A DNA stretch of 64,000 nucleotides from NCBI GenBank assembly GCA_965203965.1, contig CBDBDR010000015.1:32001-96000 (forward strand). The letters are read 5' to 3'. Each line of letters starts with the position of its first letter. Positions within the stretch are counted from its first letter, which is position 1. This stretch comes from Thermodesulfobacteriota bacterium (GTDB taxonomy: Bacteria; Desulfobacterota_D; UBA1144; Nemesobacterales; JAJCZQ01). Shown here in pieces: positions 62,283 to 64,000 of the stretch. The notes under the pieces are model-generated. The model made no database searches, was not told the origin of the DNA, and saw nothing but the letters and a program-made list of their open reading frames with translations. The position numbers and the translations under genes are program-made.

Positions 62283-64000
62283 ATGTCTACTGAGGCAGAT
62301 AAAGAGGCTCCAGCTCCTCAAGAGGAGTCCCAGAATAACACAGAAGCTCCTAAGTCCGAGGAACCCCAAACCACCACGGAAGAAATTACAGAGCAACCGG
62401 CTAATGAAGAAGCCCCTGCTGAGGCTGCTGCAGCACCAGCTGATGAAGGGCCACCGATTGTGCTGGTAACTGGCGCGTCTGGTTTCTTGGCGTCGCATAT
62501 TGTTCAACAACTGCTGCAGCAAGGTCGATATCGCGTACGAGGGACCGTGAGAAACAAGGATCGCGAAGACAAAGTCAAGCCACTCAAAGAGCTACCTACT
62601 GCCAATCATCCACTGGAGCTCGTAGCTGCCGATCTAAACAAAGAAGACACGTGGACAGACGCTGTTAAGGGGTGTACATATGTGCTGCACGTAGCGTCGC
62701 CTTATCCTAGGCTGACAAAGCAGCCAAAAAACCCTGATGTAGTCATTCGCCCTGCAGTGGACGGCGCATTGAATGTCCTAAAGGCTTGCGCAGAATCAGG
62801 GTCAGTGAAACGTGTCGTGCTCACTAGCTCTACAATGGCAGTTAGTGGCGGGTTAGGTGGAGAACCAGGCAAGGTGTACACGGAAGAAGATTGGGCTACA
62901 GACGAAAGTTGCAAAGGAGCATACGAGAGAAGCAAGTTTCGAGCCGAAAAAGCTGCCTGGGAATTCGTCGAGAAATTGGAAGCTGGAAAGAAATTTGAGC
63001 TAGTAACAGTGAATCCCAGTGGCATTTTAGGTCCTTTTATCAGTGCTTCATCTGGAGATTCTTCAGCCACGCTTGTAGCTGATGTTCTAACTAACAAGTT
63101 ACCGGGTATACCAAATATCTCTTTTCCAATTGTTGATGTCAGAGATGTTGCTGCGGCTCAACTTGCCGCCATGGAATCACCTGAAGCAGCTGGTAAACGC
63201 TACATTGCCCACAACACGACCCTGCCTTATTCAGAGATTGCTGCTATAATCTCACGAGAATTTAAACCTCAGGGGTACAAGGTCCCCACCAAACCAATAA
63301 AGAAAATTATGCTAGGAGTTTTGAGCAAATTCAACTCGGGGGCAAAGTTTGCAGCTAAAAATGAAGGTAGTGATATACAGATCAGCAACGACAAGATGAA
63401 GAGTCAGCTGGGTATAGAGCCTCGCTCAGCGGAGACAACAATCATAGATCAGTGCTACACCCTGGTTGATCTAGGACTTGTCAAAAGAAAACCTGGATAC
63501 CTCGGACATCCCAACAAACGACCAAAAGAGGAGCCAAAAGCTGCAGATGGAAAAACAGATGAAAAAGCAACTGAAAACTCTAAGACAGAGGAGTTGTCAG
63601 TAGAACCCAAAAACAATGAGACAAAAACAGAGGAGTCAGAGCCAAAAGTAGAGGAACCACCAGCAGAAGAGCCTAAAGTAGAGGAGCCAAAAGCAGAGCC
63701 AGCAGCAGAAGAACCAAAAGCAGAGGAACCACCAGCAGAAGAGCCGAAAGCTGAGGAACCACCAGCAGAAGAGCCAAAAGCAGAGGAGCCACCAGCAGAA
63801 GAGCCGAAAGCTGAGGAGCCACCAGCAGAAGAGCCAAAAGCAGAGGAACCAGCAGCAGAAGAACCAAAAGCAGAGGAGCCACCAGCAGAAGAGCCAAAAG
63901 CTGAGGAGACAGCAGCAGAAGAGCCGAAGGCAGAGGAGCCAGCAGCGGAAGAACCAAAAGTTGAGGAACCAGCAGCAGAAGAGCCAAAAGTTGAGGAGCC
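62283..64000 (+). CDS. Extended SDR reductase copy 3 (more divergent) with an acidic N-terminal extension and a Pro/Ala/Glu repeat tail; runs off the window
   Basis: Open frame from ATG 62283: MSTEADKEAP..VLVTGASGFLASH..RGTVR..HVASP..AYERSK..VDVRDVA; absent from the ORF track because there is no stop in the window. Confidence 0.9.
   Translation, partial: MSTEADKEAPAPQEESQNNTEAPKSEEPQTTTEEITEQPANEEAPAEAAAAPADEGPPIVLVTGASGFLASHIVQQLLQQGRYRVRGTVRNKDREDKVKPLKELPTANHPLELVAADLNKEDTWTDAVKGCTYVLHVASPYPRLTKQPKNPDVVIRPAVDGALNVLKACAESGSVKRVVLTSSTMAVSGGLGGEPGKVYTEEDWATDESCKGAYERSKFRAEKAAWEFVEKLEAGKKFELVTVNPSGILGPFISASSGDSSATLVADVLTNKLPGIPNISFPIVDVRDVAAAQLAAMESPEAAGKRYIAHNTTLPYSEIAAIISREFKPQGYKVPTKPIKKIMLGVLSKFNSGAKFAAKNEGSDIQISNDKMKSQLGIEPRSAETTIIDQCYTLVDLGLVKRKPGYLGHPNKRPKEEPKAADGKTDEKATENSKTEELSVEPKNNETKTEESEPKVEEPPAEEPKVEEPKAEPAAEEPKAEEPPAEEPKAEEPPAEEPKAEEPPAEEPKAEEPPAEEPKAEEPAAEEPKAEEPPAEEPKAEETAAEEPKAEEPAAEEPKVEEPAAEEPKVEE
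63639..64000 (+). repeat. Coding 30-nt minisatellite (EPKAEEPPAE/EPKAEEPAAE), about 12 units, open-ended
   Basis: gagccaaaagcagaggaaccaccagcagaa-like units, in frame with SDR copy 3. Confidence 0.92.

Noticed and set aside
63639..64000. Regular 30-nt repeat as a CRISPR array, or the minus-strand Leu-rich ORF 63673-63987 as a gene
   Set aside because: There are no unique spacers and the context is eukaryotic. The repeat is in frame with the plus-strand SDR, and the Leu-rich ORF is its antisense shadow.
1..64000. tRNA, rRNA or U12-type introns
   Set aside because: None recognisable by eye; tRNAscan-SE/Infernal would be needed to exclude them fully.

Overview
Gene-dense eukaryotic (animal) DNA with mostly ~45-60 nt GT-AG introns and very short intergenic gaps. 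The style fits a compact early-branching metazoan such as a demosponge; this is inference and is not proven by the sequence. About 23 protein-coding loci are supported: the 3' part of a divergent arginyltransferase (ATE-like) gene; MCFD2; PSMG3; TEX11 with an intronless TRIM gene nested on the same strand; TECPR2; two LRRK-type Roco kinases; an ankyrin-ROC-COR-Death Roco gene; GALM; a full-length ARM-repeat/ATE fusion gene; SNW1; EEF1G; NDUFV2; a small unknown gene; PPP1R37; a COX7A2L-like gene; VRK1 next to its substrate BANF1; three SDR reductases with acidic tails; and EIF1AD. Large introns carry MITEs and two hairpin-ended elements. The strongest novelty candidates are (1) a predicted N-myristoylated ~1,300-aa ARM-repeat/ATE fusion whose ATE region is present as two near-identical inverted paralogues differing mainly in a predicted substrate-pocket segment, and (2) an LRRK pair in which copy 2 has lost the ankyrin exon and a PB1-like tail and has an altered kinase activation segment. 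Several 1-2 nt indels in short simple runs look like assembly errors. All calls are manual; no database searches were run.
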